This document shows positions 12,224 to 27,800 of a stretch of DNA of 64,000 nt, piece after piece (the stretch's first letter is position 1; every line of letters starts with the position of its first letter). The notes below the pieces were generated by a model. The model saw nothing but the letters and a program-made list of their open reading frames with translations. It was not told where the DNA came from and did no database searches. The DNA is from the human T2T-CHM13v2.0 reference genome, Homo sapiens. A program made the position numbers and the translations under genes. The stretch spans positions 25,376,001 through 25,440,000 of the forward strand of contig CP086569.2 of NCBI GenBank assembly GCA_009914755.4, given 5' to 3'.

Positions 12224-14439
12224 TAATCTCTTTCTCCATTCAACCTTCATACTACTACTATACCTCTGTATCTCATAGCACCATTCACTTTCTATTTTCT
12301 AGCATAGTTAATCAACTTTACAAACATTCCTTGAGGGAGGGATATTTAGTTTATTTATTTTTTTCTCCCACAAAACTAATACAATAGTTTATGTGCAATT
12401 GGTGCTCAATAAACACTTAAAATGAGTTATTTATTCAGGAGACAGAACACTAATAAATAAGAAATACTAAATAAATTGTTCAACGAATAAATGAAGTTTA
12501 CTTTCCCTTTAAGCTTTTTAACCAAAGGTCATGGATATATTCTGAGTTCTTAGTTCGAAATACAAGAATCTAGTCTGATTAGATTAGACAAAATAATAAT
12601 AATAAAGTACATAATCTCACAGAATCTCTGAAAAGGCTAGAGAGCCCTAGTTCCCTTAACAGGAGCAAAGCCTGAGCATACAGCAGATGCTGATATATGG
12701 AAAATACCATCCATCTCTACCAACTGCTCAGCACTCATGAGATGCAAAGCAGGATCACAAGTCTCTGTTAATGTCATCCCTTAGGCTGAACACATTTTAG
12801 CTAAATTCTACAGAATTAATGTGTGTATCTTCCTAGCACCCACTGTGAATACCTCTCCTTCAAAAATCTATTGCTTGTGAAAAACCAGGTATGTTTAGCA
12901 AGTCATGAAACAACTGTAGTCATTCATTAGTGGTCACAGACTCACATTTAAGCATAACTTTAAAGGTGTCATAGACCTGACACTTATTGTTCTGAATCAA
13001 CATTGATCTCATGAAGATGAACTGGAGGTTGAAAGCCTGCAATTACCCACCAGCTAGGTACACCATTATTAGGAATGGGAATATACTAATTTGTCCCATA
13101 AGATATCAGTCTTTCTCTGGGAATTAAAATTAGACTTTTGTCTACACTACACTGGGTTCTGTCTTCCACCGTAAGACAGAGAATTCCAAGGTTTCCATAA
13201 TGTGAAACCCCCACCCCTTTTTATGATATGACCCTTGAGTAATTACATCAGCAAATATGTAAATGTGTTATGCTGTTCCAACAATTACTCCTGATTTGGT
13301 TACAATTATCTATATATCATCTCTACTGTCTTGGTCCTCTTCATCTTACCCACGAATGGCAGCCCTAGCCTCCTACTTGGAGCTTTCACCATCTTTCCCC
13401 CTTCCACACTGCAAACTGCCACAGTCAGTCTTCTTAAGCAGTGGTCTGCAAGATGGCTCATCTCGAATAAAAAAGCTTACACAAGCTCTCTACTGCCTAT
13501 TACACAAAATCTTAACTTTGCTAACTTTGAAGATTCTCTATAATCTAGCCCCATTTTATATCTCCACATCTGCCTCCCAAAATCCACTAACCCATGCTCT
13601 TCAGTGACGTCCTGCGGGTCATCTTCTCACAACTCCCAGACTCGTCAGCCTCACTGCCTGTGTTGCTTATAAGGACAGGCTGCCAGGTACACCTGCAAGG
13701 CTCCTATACTCTGCCTATCCACTTCTTATTGATGTGTGAAAAACATACCCAGCTCCTCAAAACCTACCCACCTTCACAGAACTTCCCCAAGTGCCACATC
13801 CCATCTGGAGCACTTTCTTTTCTTCACCCCAAGATATTAATATTCTGCACTGCAACTGAACAATTCACTGTATATTGACAGTATGCTGCATTGTGTGTGT
13901 CTAAGTGTGAGAGAGCTTGCTATCCTCTTGTATTATTTGCTAATTCAGTATGAACTGGGGAGCCACAGTCACTTCTTCACACTGACTTCAATGCTTAACT
14001 AAAACTACACTTCTTTCATGTTAACCCAGTAGTCATTCGGAATAATAAATACTCGACTTTCAGAAAACATTACCATTAAGTCCTCCATTAAGTCCTACGA
14101 TTACAGGAAAAAAAAGGAAGACAAGTGTGAACTTTCCTAAAAAGGGAGATGCACTACACAATAATAACCCCTATGATCACCCACATGGGTTCCTGTGCTT
14201 TAAGGGATAAAGCACTACAGATACTTCATCCTGCTGCCTCTTACACATCCCTCAGGACCACCACTAGTAACAGAGGAATAACCAAGGGATAGCTCTTAAG
14301 AAGTATAGCTACAGCCCGACCCAAGCCTCTTGAAGTGCGTATTCTGCATCTAGCACTGGAGAAAAGCCTCGCTATTTCTGAGCAACACCCTACAAAATGT
14401 CACCCGAGAGGACAACACCCAAAATAGTTTAGATTTGTG

Positions 14440-15010
<571 letters not shown>

Positions 15011-16024
15011 CACAAGTCGGTATCTGCAAAAACTCTTTAGCAGATGACCTCTGAAACCTCAGATAATTTGTTCTACCACTAAGTTAACCTTTTTGCATTA
15101 ATCAAAGCTGTTACCTTATTTCAGTGTGAACAAACGTATGACCCTTCTGGCTCCACACTTTAATCCAGGTCCTATCATAAAGCAGTATGGTGTGTGCCCC
15201 TCAAAATAACCAAGTTAAGATGTGAGATAGTGCCAAAGCACAGTTAACAGCAACATGCTATGCTTATAATAAAAACAGAAATGCTATGATGTCAGATAAA
15301 CACAACCGTAAAATGAATCACAAGTGGACAAACTGAGCTTTCAGAAGAGTTTCTAATGACAGAAGCTAGAGACATAAGACATGTACTTAATAAGGAAATA
15401 GGGCATTTGGGTGGTGAAAGGCCCTGCCATTTTCTGAAAGTTCAAGTTTAACTGCATAAAGCTGAAGGCAAAGTAAATAGACAAAGGCCCCAAAACAGAG
15501 GGAAAAAGACAACATTCACATGAGTTGTAATTTTCTCCAAACGCCCACAAGGTGAGTATAATGAACAGGCACAGACCATAAAGTTCCAGAAAGACATTAC
15601 TTATTTTTATAGGCAAAACTAGTTTAGTATGTATCACGTCTTTTTTAAAATTAACTTTGAAAACATTTAAAAACCAGGAAGAAAAAGACTATAGAGCAAC
15701 TTCTGAAAGCTAGCACAGTATACCTCAGATAACAGTTTGCGTATGTTCCTTTTCAAATATTTTAGAGAGCACATAACATTTTTTAAACCAATTTCATGTG
15801 GTTTCAAATGAACTAAAAAAATCCATAAAATCCCAATACTTATATAAGAACCTGTCTTACGGTTGTCTAAAAATTACAGGTGAGCAACCTTTTAATATTA
15901 AATCATTACTAGGGTGTCCTGTTACATATAATTCCCTTTGAAAAGCAAGAGTAATTAACAACTTTCTGTAAACAAAGATTTTAATATATTTCATTCACTA
16001 TTTTTGTAAGTCTCTTAAGCTCCC

Positions 16025-16025
<1 letters not shown>

Positions 16026-16070
<45 letters not shown>
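16026..16070. repeat. (CA)n microsatellite, about 21 units
   Basis: A direct 'acacac...' run. Confidence 0.95.
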
Positions 16071-16073
<3 letters not shown>

Positions 16074-17318
16074 CAAATACCAGGAGAATAAGCTAATGTT
16101 CAGAATGTTTTATCGTGATCATTTTCTTTTCTTTTACTAAAGATGACCATCTAGAGTACATCCTAGGATCTACATTAAAATTTGTGTGCAGTCAGTCTCT
16201 GATTCTCATGGCCTCAGTGATGGTATAGCTGACAGAGTGTCAGTAGCCACAACCTTCTCACCACACACCTTCTCCCCGTCATCACCAACACTGCAAACTC
16301 CAAATTAAAGATTCAATTGTGCACTTGAATGTACAGCATATTCAGTATTTTTTGCCAGAAGCATCAAAATAAAAATGGACTTCTGGATAATCTCTTCCAC
16401 TAGGAATATGACTGCCCAAACCACCTAAATCCTTACATTCAAATTAAGGTTTTAAATCAAAAACACCTGGTAAAGCATTTCCAAACACTTTGGCATTATC
16501 TTAAACATGCAAATAGTTCAAGTAATTATTAAAACATTTTATGCATTTTAAAAAGGCATTTTTTTTCAAAACAAGTCATTGTTCTCACATACAAATGAGA
16601 AAATGTTGACAGTATCTGTTTCCCTAAGTTTTTTTAGTACTTCTAATAGGTTTTTCTTGGACTACTGAGTTGGTTCTTAATGCAAGCATCCATATATACA
16701 TACAAATTACAAATTTCCAATTGAAAAGAATTAAGTTTGAACAAGACTTTACCAATATTCTTGCATAGTAGATGGCTGCAAATATCAGATTGTCTCAACC
16801 TTTCTTAAGCTCCTTTAAAATTAGAATAGAGTTTTCTGCATTGAAAACAATTTCACGTATAGTTAACAGTTTTAGTAAATAACATTTTCAGAAATATATT
16901 TTATGGAAATACATATAATTAAACGAAATTTTTTCAATAGTTTCTTAGAGTCCCTTGACCCAAGTAAATTAGAAGAAAATGAATTATTCAACCTCACAAT
17001 AGTAGTTAAACACTAAAACTTAAAATCCCAAGTGCCCTACCCTGACTGGCAGCCACAAGTGAAGACAAATTGCTGGGAAGCTCAGAAAATGTGGCCAATA
17101 AAATGCTGGAATTATTTATTCCCAAGCCCTCATTTTGATTTCCACTTATGTTAATACCACCCTGTCCATTTAGAGGTTGACATCAGTATCATGCAAAAAG
17201 GATGTGGTGGTTCAAAAAACTTTCAATGTCATTACTCTACAATTGTGGCGGGAGGGGAGTATAGATATACAACCTCCTCTGACTCAGTCCACCAAACTCA
17301 GGGCTAAAGAATTCCATC

Positions 17319-17605
17319 TTGCTTGATGCAGTGGCTCATGCCTGTAATCCTGACACTTTGGGAGGTCGAGGTGGGTGGATCACGAGGTCAGGAGTTCAAG
17401 ACCAGCCTGGCCAACATAGTGAAACCCCGTCTCTACTAAGAATACAAAAACATAGCTGGGGGTGGTGGCAGGTGTCCGTAATTCCAGCTACTTGGGAGGC
17501 TGAGGCAGGAGAATCGCTTGAACCCGGAGGCGGAGGTTGGAAAGAGCTGAGATCACGCCACTGAACTCCAGCCTGGGTGACAAGAGGGAAACTCTGTCTC
17601 CAAAA
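17319..17605 (+). mobile_element. Alu, plus orientation, with TSD 'aagaattccatc'
   Basis: 'gcttgatgcagtggctcatgcctgtaatcc...ctccaaaaaag', flanked by 'aaagaattccatc' at 17306-17318 and at 17606-17617. Confidence 0.9.
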
Positions 17606-18294
17606 AAGAATTCCATCCCGCCTCTTGCCTCGTTAAAGAATTAAACAAAATTAGAAATCGCAAATTTATATGTGAAAAGGCCACTTGGTCCTTGGATATA
17701 ATAGCTGAAAATACTTGATAATGAACTTCAATGTAAAGTTTTTACTTCATTGTCCGACACTACACAACAAGTCACAAAGGCGTAACTGGGTGATACTGAC
17801 CTTTTTGTATGGTACAAGCCAAGAAAGTAAAGAGAAGAAGGAGTTATAGAAAGAAATACTCAGTTTTGCAGGCCTACCTTGAAGGACTGTCAAAAACAAA
17901 AACAGAAACAAATCATCATAGCGTAAGGCATTTTTCATAACAGTTGGCCTTTTCTGGGAGGTTCACACATATACTAGGCCCTCATTTATCTTTGCTGAAA
18001 GTCAGTCCTATGGAAAACCCAAAACAATATAATGATGCCTAAAAAATATTATGACTTAGGCTACATTCATTCAAATTCGTGAAGAAAAGAAGAAACTGAA
18101 TTTTCCTCAAGTATTTTAAAAGAAATAAAGTTTTATTAGTTCTATACATTACGCACTGCAGGCTAACCAAAGGTAATTGAGTAGACTTCTTTGGCTTGTT
18201 TAAGAGAATGTTAATTTGTTGTTGATGCACTGTATCAAACAACTATTACTAAAGTTTTTTAAAAATACTTATCCAGTGAATTTATTCCACTTAA

Positions 18295-18680
18295 ATGTTA
18301 CTTCATTCAGTATTCACTAAATACTTACTGTGGACAATACAGCCAGCCAATGTGATAAGCACACAATATATACATCAGTGAATAAAAAGCATAAACCTAA
18401 GGTACCAACTAAACAACAACATCACAATCAGTGTCACTCTATGGGGCACTGGACACTTTGTAAGTTTGACCTTTTAATCTAAAAACAATCTACTTGGCAA
18501 GGTAGGTACTTTATATCCCAACTTCACAGGTAACTAAAGAAAGTTAAGAGGGTTAAGTGTATTTCCCAAGGTCAGGAAAGATGGCAACTGATGGACGGAG
18601 TACGTGAACTCAGACAACCTGATGTCGAAGTCCGAGCTCTGAACCTGGGCAATCTACCATCCCTCATCTCAATCCCAGAA
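18295..18680 (-). mobile_element. MIR (ancient tRNA-derived SINE), minus orientation
   Basis: 'ggtaggtactttatatcccaacttcacaggtaactaaagaaagttaagagggttaagtgtatttcccaaggtcagg' matches the reverse-complemented MIR core 'ggtaggtactattattatccccattttacagatgaggaaactgaggcacagagaggttaagtaacttgcccaaggtcaca'. Upstream, 'cattcagtattcactaaatacttactgtgg' resembles the reverse-complemented MIR 3' end. Confidence 0.55.
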
Positions 18681-21600
18681 TAACAGATCCTAAATTCTGA
18701 ATTAGCCATGTTCAAATTATGTGGACCTTCCTGCCCACCCCCCGCAACCAAAAAAGGGCTCCAATGCAAGATTTACCTCCTTTTAAACGAATGCCCATTC
18801 CATGAATGTCCATACAGTACGCCTTCTGTGTTAAGTGGTAACAGCCACGCTGGGATTAAAGAAATGCGGTAGATAATGTGTAAGTCTGATAATTAAGTCA
18901 CTGTGTGTACACTTGAATGTGTGCACAAAAGGTATGGGTAATTAAGTCGCTATCTGATATCTCCCAGCATCATCTATGGTTCTAATAAGAAAAGAAGACA
19001 TAATTACTCATCCTCAGTAAGTTTTTATTAAAAAGGAGGAGAAATAGCTTCTTGTTACTTTTAATCCATTTTTAGGAAAATAAATTTGGTGGAGGGTGGG
19101 CAATCTCAATGGCAAGTGGAACCTAAGATGAAGTTAATTTCTCTTCAGCCCTTCTGCTGCTGTACTGTCGGGGAAGGCATGAATAAAGGGTAGTGAGTAG
19201 CAAACAACTTATGAGTACAGACCAGGAATCAGAGAGAAATTCCAGGTGTTTTTCCTCCAGCTGGTCACATTTGACAATGAAACAATGAGAGGGATATGGT
19301 ATTAAACGATAAATAACTTGGCCCCCACATTCACAGCAATAATGGAATTGTGCATTCTCCAAGGTAACTAGTAGTATGCATCCTTAGCTATTCCACATTC
19401 AGAACTAGCACTTAGAAAGTAGGCTGTTAGGGACACAAATGATACAGCGACATTATCATCTATGTGGAGCCATAACAATATGTCGAGCCCAGCTAACCAT
19501 CACCTGAAACACTTTAACATCCCTATCACCCCCAACTCTAAGGAATCTCTGTTATCTGGCTTAACTTTAAGGACAATTTTCCAAGTTTTAATAAAACAGC
19601 TGAGGAACCAAAATGAATCAATGTTATTAACCCAAAATAGTACTTATAGCTACATATACTACCTAGAAACTCATTTGGTATAAGTAACAGCTGAAACACC
19701 TATGTAACTTTAGGAAACCAAAAGCACGTTTTCCTCTACTGTATGAATGACGGCAATGCAAGAATACACACTGAATTTCCATGGAGAATATTACAGGAGT
19801 GAGTTTGCTTACTTATCTGTGAATAAAGAAAGGTACTAACTGCTACAAGGAACCACTTACTATACAAGGAACTCCTCAGTGTTATACTGAATGAAAATTA
19901 CTGTCTCCATGACCTTGTTAGCATTCTCAGACTCCATGATTATTTCCAGATGGCAAATTATTTGTATTATACTTCTTAATGCCTGGGTTTCTATAAAAAT
20001 ATGATTTTATTGTTTTTCATAAACACACAAAAGAAATCATTTCTTTTAGAACTAAAAGTGAATGCCCTTCTTGTCAATCCTATTCAGAATGTTCTCCAAA
20101 GAAGACTGACATCCAATAATGCCACAAGTTGTCTGTCACTTAGAATCTAAGATCACTGAGAGAATGAACAATATTTTATACTTCTTCAGTCTCCCTTTAG
20201 GTGCTGAGTTCCATAAAGAACACAAAGTAGGTATTCAGTAAATGCCCCTGATTATAGCCCAAAACATTCCTATTTGCACTCTGTGATATAATGCTCCTCA
20301 ATGATATTGACTTATTCAGAACAAAACCCTCAAAGTAACTAAGTCACATGGTGACCTATAAAAGCTATGGGAGGGCAGCAGAAGGGTTGGAGATGTTAAC
20401 CTAGGCTCTTTCCATTGCAATTGATGAAGATCCACTCAAGCTAGCCCAGATGAGAGCTCTCTACTCAGAGCGAACAGGATAATCTAAGAATCCTGTGGGA
20501 AGAACATCAGTGCAGTGGGACCCAGGGGAGTCAAGGAAGAGACGGCTGTGCACACACTTCCCTTGGCAGTCTGCTGCCCTTCCCACAGCTTCCCTGTCCT
20601 CTGCTTTTCCCAGTTTCCTACCCTAGCAAGTGAGCTTGCCTATGTCAGCCCTAACCTTGCTCTTGTCATTCAGGTAATTCTTTTTTTATTTTTAATTTTT
20701 ACAGATATATTAGGGGTAATTCTTGAATTATCCATTCACCTTTCCCCTCTACTAACTGCCTCAGTCTCTCAGTTTCTCAACTCTAAATTCTAAAAATGAA
20801 ATTTGGCTCAATTAATCTTTTCATGCCAGGCCACAAGGATCACAGACTGCCATTCCAAATTATTAGTCCTTCAAAAAGCTAAATAAAGACTTTGCCAGCT
20901 ATTTTACTATATAGTTCAGAAATCTACGGTGCAAAGCGACCTTTTTAATCAACAATACTTCTTTCTCCTGCTTCTAAGTATGCACTGTCCATAATTCTAC
21001 CCAGCCTCTTCTGCTCACCTGAGCTCCTGCTTTTGACTAGTTGTTCCATAAATACTTTGGTCAGCGCATTTAAACAAAATCAGACATCTCCGTTTGTAAA
21101 TAAGCCCAATCAAATGAATACTTCCTAAGAGAATGAAAGCTTCCTAATAGAATACATAATTCCTACCTTTAAAACCTCAGCTCAGTTAGGAACTTAGTTG
21201 CTTGATACTATCATAGCCTCCACGTACCCTGTGGAAGTACGGGCTCAAAATACACCTACTAGTGTAGGATGGTGGTGTCCCTGTGTGTTTTGATGGTTGA
21301 ATATTAATAAAGCAGAAGCCATGGACCCTATCCCCGTAGGCAAGATAACCACACAACCTCACAACCTATCATCCACACTCAGACATTTTTGAGAGTGAAA
21401 GGGGAGGCTGTTTAATAGTCTGGCAGGACAACAGACAGGGATCAGGACATAGAGGCAGCTGTGTTCTATACCACAGACTCGATTCTAAGGGAATGCAGCA
21501 GCAGAGTTGAGAAGACAACCCAGGTCCCCACATAAAACACAAAGACCCTTCTCCTTATCTCATATAGAGCTATTTCATGAAATGTGACCTAAGGCCCTCG

Positions 21601-23383
21601 GTTCAATAAGCTGCCATTATTCTAGTCTCAGTGACTGGCGGTACATGTCTCCTCCTCCCCACGCCTCACCTCATTAGCTTTTGTTGTCTTTAACATCGTA
21701 ATCATACCTACTAATGTGTATCATAAAGGGCATTCACCCAGTTATTTTTACAGTGCCCAAACATACTTTATACACAAAATTTCACCACGGCAAAGGGATT
21801 CTCATTTATAGTATAAACAATGAAACACGTCTCTCAATTATAACCCCAAACCAACTTTTTATTTTGTGATTATTAAAAAGATAAAATACCTAATTACTCA
21901 ACATTTCAAAGCTATCGGGTTTTTTTTTCTTTCATTGCTCCACTAGTCATGTTATTTGCTGTGAGCAAAATCAAATTCAATTTCTTCTTCTTTTTAAAAT
22001 CTCACAGAGAAACAAAGCTTATTTCCTTCTGCTCATCTTTTTCCCTTACAGCTTCAGTAAACTGAAGGAGAAAAAAATCTTGATCATTCTCATCTATTTG
22101 ATTATCTTTTAATAAGTACAGAGAAGTAAGAAAATAAGACAGTGGAAATAACTATATTTATTCCCAGAGCAAATATTTCATCATCTGTTGTTCTTACACA
22201 ACAACTATGAGGATGTGCTGAATACAGAACCTCAAACAAAAACATGAGAAACAGCAGTGTGTGATTTAGAAAAAGGTATCTAAACATACTGCACCCTACT
22301 TCCCACATATTTTTGTAGATAGCTTTAATGTGTTGTATTAGACCAATACTGACAACAGAAGCTTCAGCTTCTATTGCTGTTAACACCCTGAGCAATTACC
22401 GTAACTCAGCAGGAACCTCTGCCCAGAACAGCAACTATCACATTGTAATCAGCATTTCATAAGAGATGCTGTTCAAACAGGAAGGCACCTGTTAATGTGC
22501 AAAAACTGTACAAAGGGGGCTCAAGATCTAATAGGTAAAATAAAAATATTTACAATTTTATTTCACAGCTATATATTTTTCATGGTGCACTGATGTTTGG
22601 TTTTGTGAAAATCACACACAAAGACAATGGGCAGGAAAAGGGCAGTAGCAGCAGCCACTACCAAAACAAAACTCTTCAGGAATAAGGCTATACCCGTATT
22701 TCAGGTGTCAGTGCTGTATCTGTTAAAAAAAAAAAAAAAACACTTTGGAAGGAAAGATATAATAAGTAGCAAAGACCTCTAAAAATGGTTTTAAAAAATT
22801 CATATAGACATAAAAATTGGATAGAAAGCATTTGATTTACAAGATTAAACTGCAAGGCCGCCTTGCAATGCAACCAGGAAAGTTAAAAGTCACCTATCAA
22901 GAATAGATCCATCTTATAAGTAAATAGCACATTTGACTTCATCTTAAAACAGTAGGCATGCAATAACTTAAGCAATAACTTTTTAACAAAGAAAAATAAT
23001 GTGACTTTTTTTTTTTTACTGAATATACTAATTTGGTACTTGGGCCATTAAAAATGATAAAAAACAAAGGAGATGCAGAGAAAGATCTTTTCAAACTACA
23101 TTTCTTTAGACTGAAATATCACATACAACATAGTCAAAACAAATATTGTCAAATTACAAAGGGTGTTGGAAATAAGAGCATTCACAGATAGTGATACACA
23201 TCTCTACAAAGCTAAGGAATTAGGAATTCTCTACCCTTAAGAGTACAGACAGTGGTTCACAATCTTCAAAGTACTAGGGTCCCTTGTAAGATCAAAATGT
23301 TTCAAAAGACTCCCAAATGATACTACTTCAGTAGTATTTCAAATACCAATTGTTTGAGGAAAATAACAAACAAACAGTGGTTC

Positions 23384-23766
<383 letters not shown>

Positions 23767-24472
23767 TTAAAAATCATAAAAGCATACTGAAAACAGGCTG
23801 AAAAATCATTGTCCAGACATGTGAGATCAATTCATTTACATCAAGCTTAGCATGTTTATTTGCAGACCTCTGCCAAATCTCTGCAGACATCCAGGGATCC
23901 AAAGCCTAAAGTATGAGAACCACTGGCCCTAAAAAAGCGATTTCATAATGAGGAACATCAACACTTATATATTCAGGAAGAATTTTTAACGAGAAAGTAC
24001 AGCAGCTATGTCCTCAGTTCTGCAACACATGCACTAAAACTGGAAAGAAAGTACAACAGCTTTACCATGCCCAAGCCAGACTTCTTTCAACCGCTACCCC
24101 GGGAAACCCCCACAACAATTTCAACATATACTCCACACCTACCGAAATATTGAAGGAAGTGACAGATTTCCACTGGAAACTATTCTCTGACCCATTTATA
24201 TTATTTCCCCTACTCATCAATTTACTGAATTTACTTTACTTTAGGCTCTTAACAATGGCTAAGAAGAAACAACCTACTTCAGAAATTCAAGGGACTATCT
24301 GAAATTGTCAAAACAGTTACTAAAGGGATAAAAACTTCAGAAATATTGTTTACAATATAAGCATTATGAGAGTAAGTGTTACAAAGCTGAAAAGATGGAA
24401 CTAGTAACCCTCGTTTCAGTGCTACTGCCACGAGACAGTTAGCACTCAAAAGGTGAACTGGTAACCACGTCA

Positions 24473-24736
<264 letters not shown>

Positions 24737-25361
24737 TTATCGTAAATTTTTTTCCAAAAGATGATATTAAATTGCAAATATCTTTAGGCTAAAGGAAAAC
24801 AGCCCTTTGGTTCTTTCTGATTATTTTTCTAATAATTTAAAGAATCTGATGAAGCCTAAATTATTTTCTTCAGAGTCCCTGAAGAAGAAGGGAGGATTCC
24901 AAGGGATTATCCATATTCAGATGAAGACATTTAGATAAAAGAAACCGCTTGCTCGAGATCACACATCAAGATGAAATATTGAGTATCTTATTCAGATAGA
25001 TGCTCACATGTCTTCAAAAAAGAGAAACGTGCTACTATATTTGTAATAAATATTTTGTGAGGAAATAAATGAAATACGCAAAGATGACTAGCTTGAATAT
25101 GCTACTACAATGACCTTTTCAGCTCATCAAAAAGAGAAAGAAAACTAACCTCTTACAGACAATTTGCCATTACATTGTACCCTAAACACATTTTATTTTC
25201 TAATTGTAAACAAAACCAATGCCACTAATCAGAGATGGAATAAAGTAAACCAAATTGCATTTTCTTCAGGGAAGAGGGGTGCTTTCTTAAATTACATTTG
25301 ACATGGCAGTGGTTGGAAAATAATTTTTGATGCTCTCAATGACTGGAGTGTAAAGCATTGC

Positions 25362-25461
25362 TTTTTTTTTTGGCTGGTCTCCAACTCCTGGGCTCAAGCA
25401 ATCCTCCCACCTCAGCCACCCAAAGTGTCAGGATTACAGGCATGAGCCACCATGCTTGGCC
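25362..25461 (-). mobile_element. Free left Alu monomer (FLAM-like) with a poly-T, minus orientation
   Basis: 'tttttttttt' followed by 'ggctggtctccaactcctgggctcaagcaatcctcccacctcagccacccaaagtgtcaggattacaggcatgagccaccatgcttggcc'. Confidence 0.7.
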
Positions 25462-25697
25462 AAGGTTGCTTTTTAAAATGCCATGTTAAGACACTTTAAT
25501 AAAAAGCAATGATTTTAAGGAAAGCAGTGGCTATAGAGAGAGTTAACCTCCTCCTACCCCCATATCACAACCTGAGATCATCATAAAGCTTAGGTCAGGA
25601 AAGTCTATGTATTATTTACTGAAAAGTAAAGGCACAGTCAATCAAATCTAGTAACGGTGACCATAATGCCTCATTCATTCATTCATTTTGCATAGAA

Positions 25698-25777
25698 AGG
25701 GCCTCACTATGTTGCCCAGGCTAGTCTCAAACTCTTGGGCTCAAGCTATCCCCCTGCCTTGGCCTCCCAAAGTGCTG
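25698..25777 (-). mobile_element. Alu fragment, minus orientation
   Basis: 'gggcctcactatgttgcccaggctagtctcaaactcttgggctcaagctatccccctgccttggcctcccaaagtgctg'. Confidence 0.6.
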
Positions 25778-25910
25778 ATCTACCTAATGCTAAATGACGA
25801 GTTAATGGGTGCAGCATACCAACATGGCACATGGATACATATGTAACAAACCTGCACAATGTGCACATGTACCCTAAAACTTAAAGTATAATAATAATAG
25901 TAAAAAAAAG
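25778..25910 (+). mobile_element. L1 3'-UTR terminal fragment of about 130 bp, with a short A tail
   Basis: 'cctaatgctaaatgacgagttaatgggtgcagcataccaacatggcacatggatacatatgtaacaaacctgcacaatgtgcacatgtaccctaaaacttaaagtataataataa'. Confidence 0.75.
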
Positions 25911-26221
25911 AGTTAACATATTTTGTTCCTTTCCCATGATTTAGATGTGCGTACACCCTAAACAAGCAATCTGTGGTAACTCTGAGAGATTCCTCAGTTG
26001 CTAAGAAATTCTTACTGCCCAATAGCTGAGTCTAAATCAAAGATAAATACAGACAGTACTGTAACCTACACACATCATTTAATCCTTACAGCAGATTTCT
26101 AACTGCTCTAAAACCTCCATTCTGATCAATTTATATCACACAAATACCTTCTCAGTTAATCTTCAACCAAGAAATTGTAGTTGTGAATGCAAATTTGTCT
26201 GTATTAAGTTCTAGCACTGAC

Positions 26222-26523
26222 TTTTTTTTGTGGCGGGGGAGGGGTGGAGATAGGATTTTGCTCTGCTGCACAGGCTGGAGTGCTATGATGTGAAAGGGCT
26301 TACTGCAGGCTTGCCCTCCTGAGCTCTAGGGATTCTTCTACCTCAGCCTCCTGAGTAGCTGGGACTACGGTCTCATCACACTCCCAGCTAATTTTTTACT
26401 GTTTTGTAGAGACACAGTCTCACTATGTTACCCAGGTGGGTCTCCACATTGCTCAAGCAATCCTCCCGCTGCCTCAGCCTCTCAAAGTGCTGGGATTACA
26501 GTCATGAGCCACTGCGCTCAGCC
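26222..26523 (-). mobile_element. Alu, older AluJ-like, minus orientation
   Basis: A poly-T run followed by '...gattttgctctgctgcacaggctggagtgc ... cctcagcctctcaaagtgctgggattacagtcatgagccactgcgctcagcc'. Confidence 0.85.
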
Positions 26524-26804
26524 CCACTGCCATCTTTTGAAATTTAAAAAACTCCTATGTGGGAGAATGAAAATCTGGAACTTGATGTGAAGTTCAGAAC
26601 AGTAACAGCATTCCTCAGTAAAATGATTGTTCCAGATTACGGACATAACACAGTGAAGTATTTTCATCTCTTTCTCAGAAAAACATAAAAATGTTAATCT
26701 GCTAATTACATCTCATACGAAATTCATGTCACTCTTCACAGTAAAAGTAACTTAAACAAAATGATTTCACCTAGGTTTTACTGTCTTCTGTAAGAAAATA
26801 TCGT

Positions 26805-27206
26805 GTTTTTTTTTTTTTTTTTTGAGACAGGGTCTTACTCTGTTGCCCAGGCTAGAATGCAGTGGTGCAATCATGGCTCACTACAGCCTCGACCTCCCAG
26901 ACTCAAGTGATGCTCCTGCCTCAGCCTCCTGAGTGGCTGGGACTTACTCTGTTGCCCAGGCTAGAATGCAGTGGTGCAATCATGGCTCACTACAGCCTCA
27001 ACCTCCCAGACTCAAGTGATGCTCCTGCCTCAGCCTCCTGAGTAGCTGGGACTACAGGTGTATGCCACCAGGCCCAGCTAATTTGTAAAAATTTTTTGTA
27101 GAGATGAGGTCTCACTATGTTGCCCAGGCTGGTCTTGAACTCCTGGGCTCAAGCAATCCTTCTGTCTCCGCCTCCCAAAGTGCTGGGATTACACTGTGCC
27201 CAGCCT
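26805..27206 (-). mobile_element. Alu, minus orientation, carrying a roughly 108-bp internal tandem duplication
   Basis: The unit 'cttactctgttgcccaggctagaatgcagtggtgcaatcatggctcactacagcctc[g/a]acctcccagactcaagtgatgctcctgcctcagcctcctgagt[g/a]gctggga' occurs at 26835-26942 and again at 26943-27050, differing by 2 nt. Confidence 0.9.
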
Positions 27207-27419
27207 AAAAAAGGTGTCTTAATACACACAATACATCAAATGAAAAGGAAAGGCTTTGCTAGTGTTCAACAGGTTTTGACTCACTTGTTTCCCTGATCTC
27301 ATCTAAAAGTTGAGTCTGTCTTTTTTTGAGCAATGCTATAAGCCACAATATACTGGCATGACCATAATACATTTTTGGAAACACCAAGCAGGTTAGATGA
27401 CTTCTTCTATTATCGTTGA

Positions 27420-27800
<381 letters not shown>

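Noticed and set aside
25780-26022. The recurrent protein 'M..FFFFYYTLSFRVHVHIVQV.YICIHVPCW...' (also at 45649-46011) as a conserved small gene family
   Set aside because: Both are antisense translations of the L1 3' UTR. The recurrence reflects two L1 copies, not a gene family.
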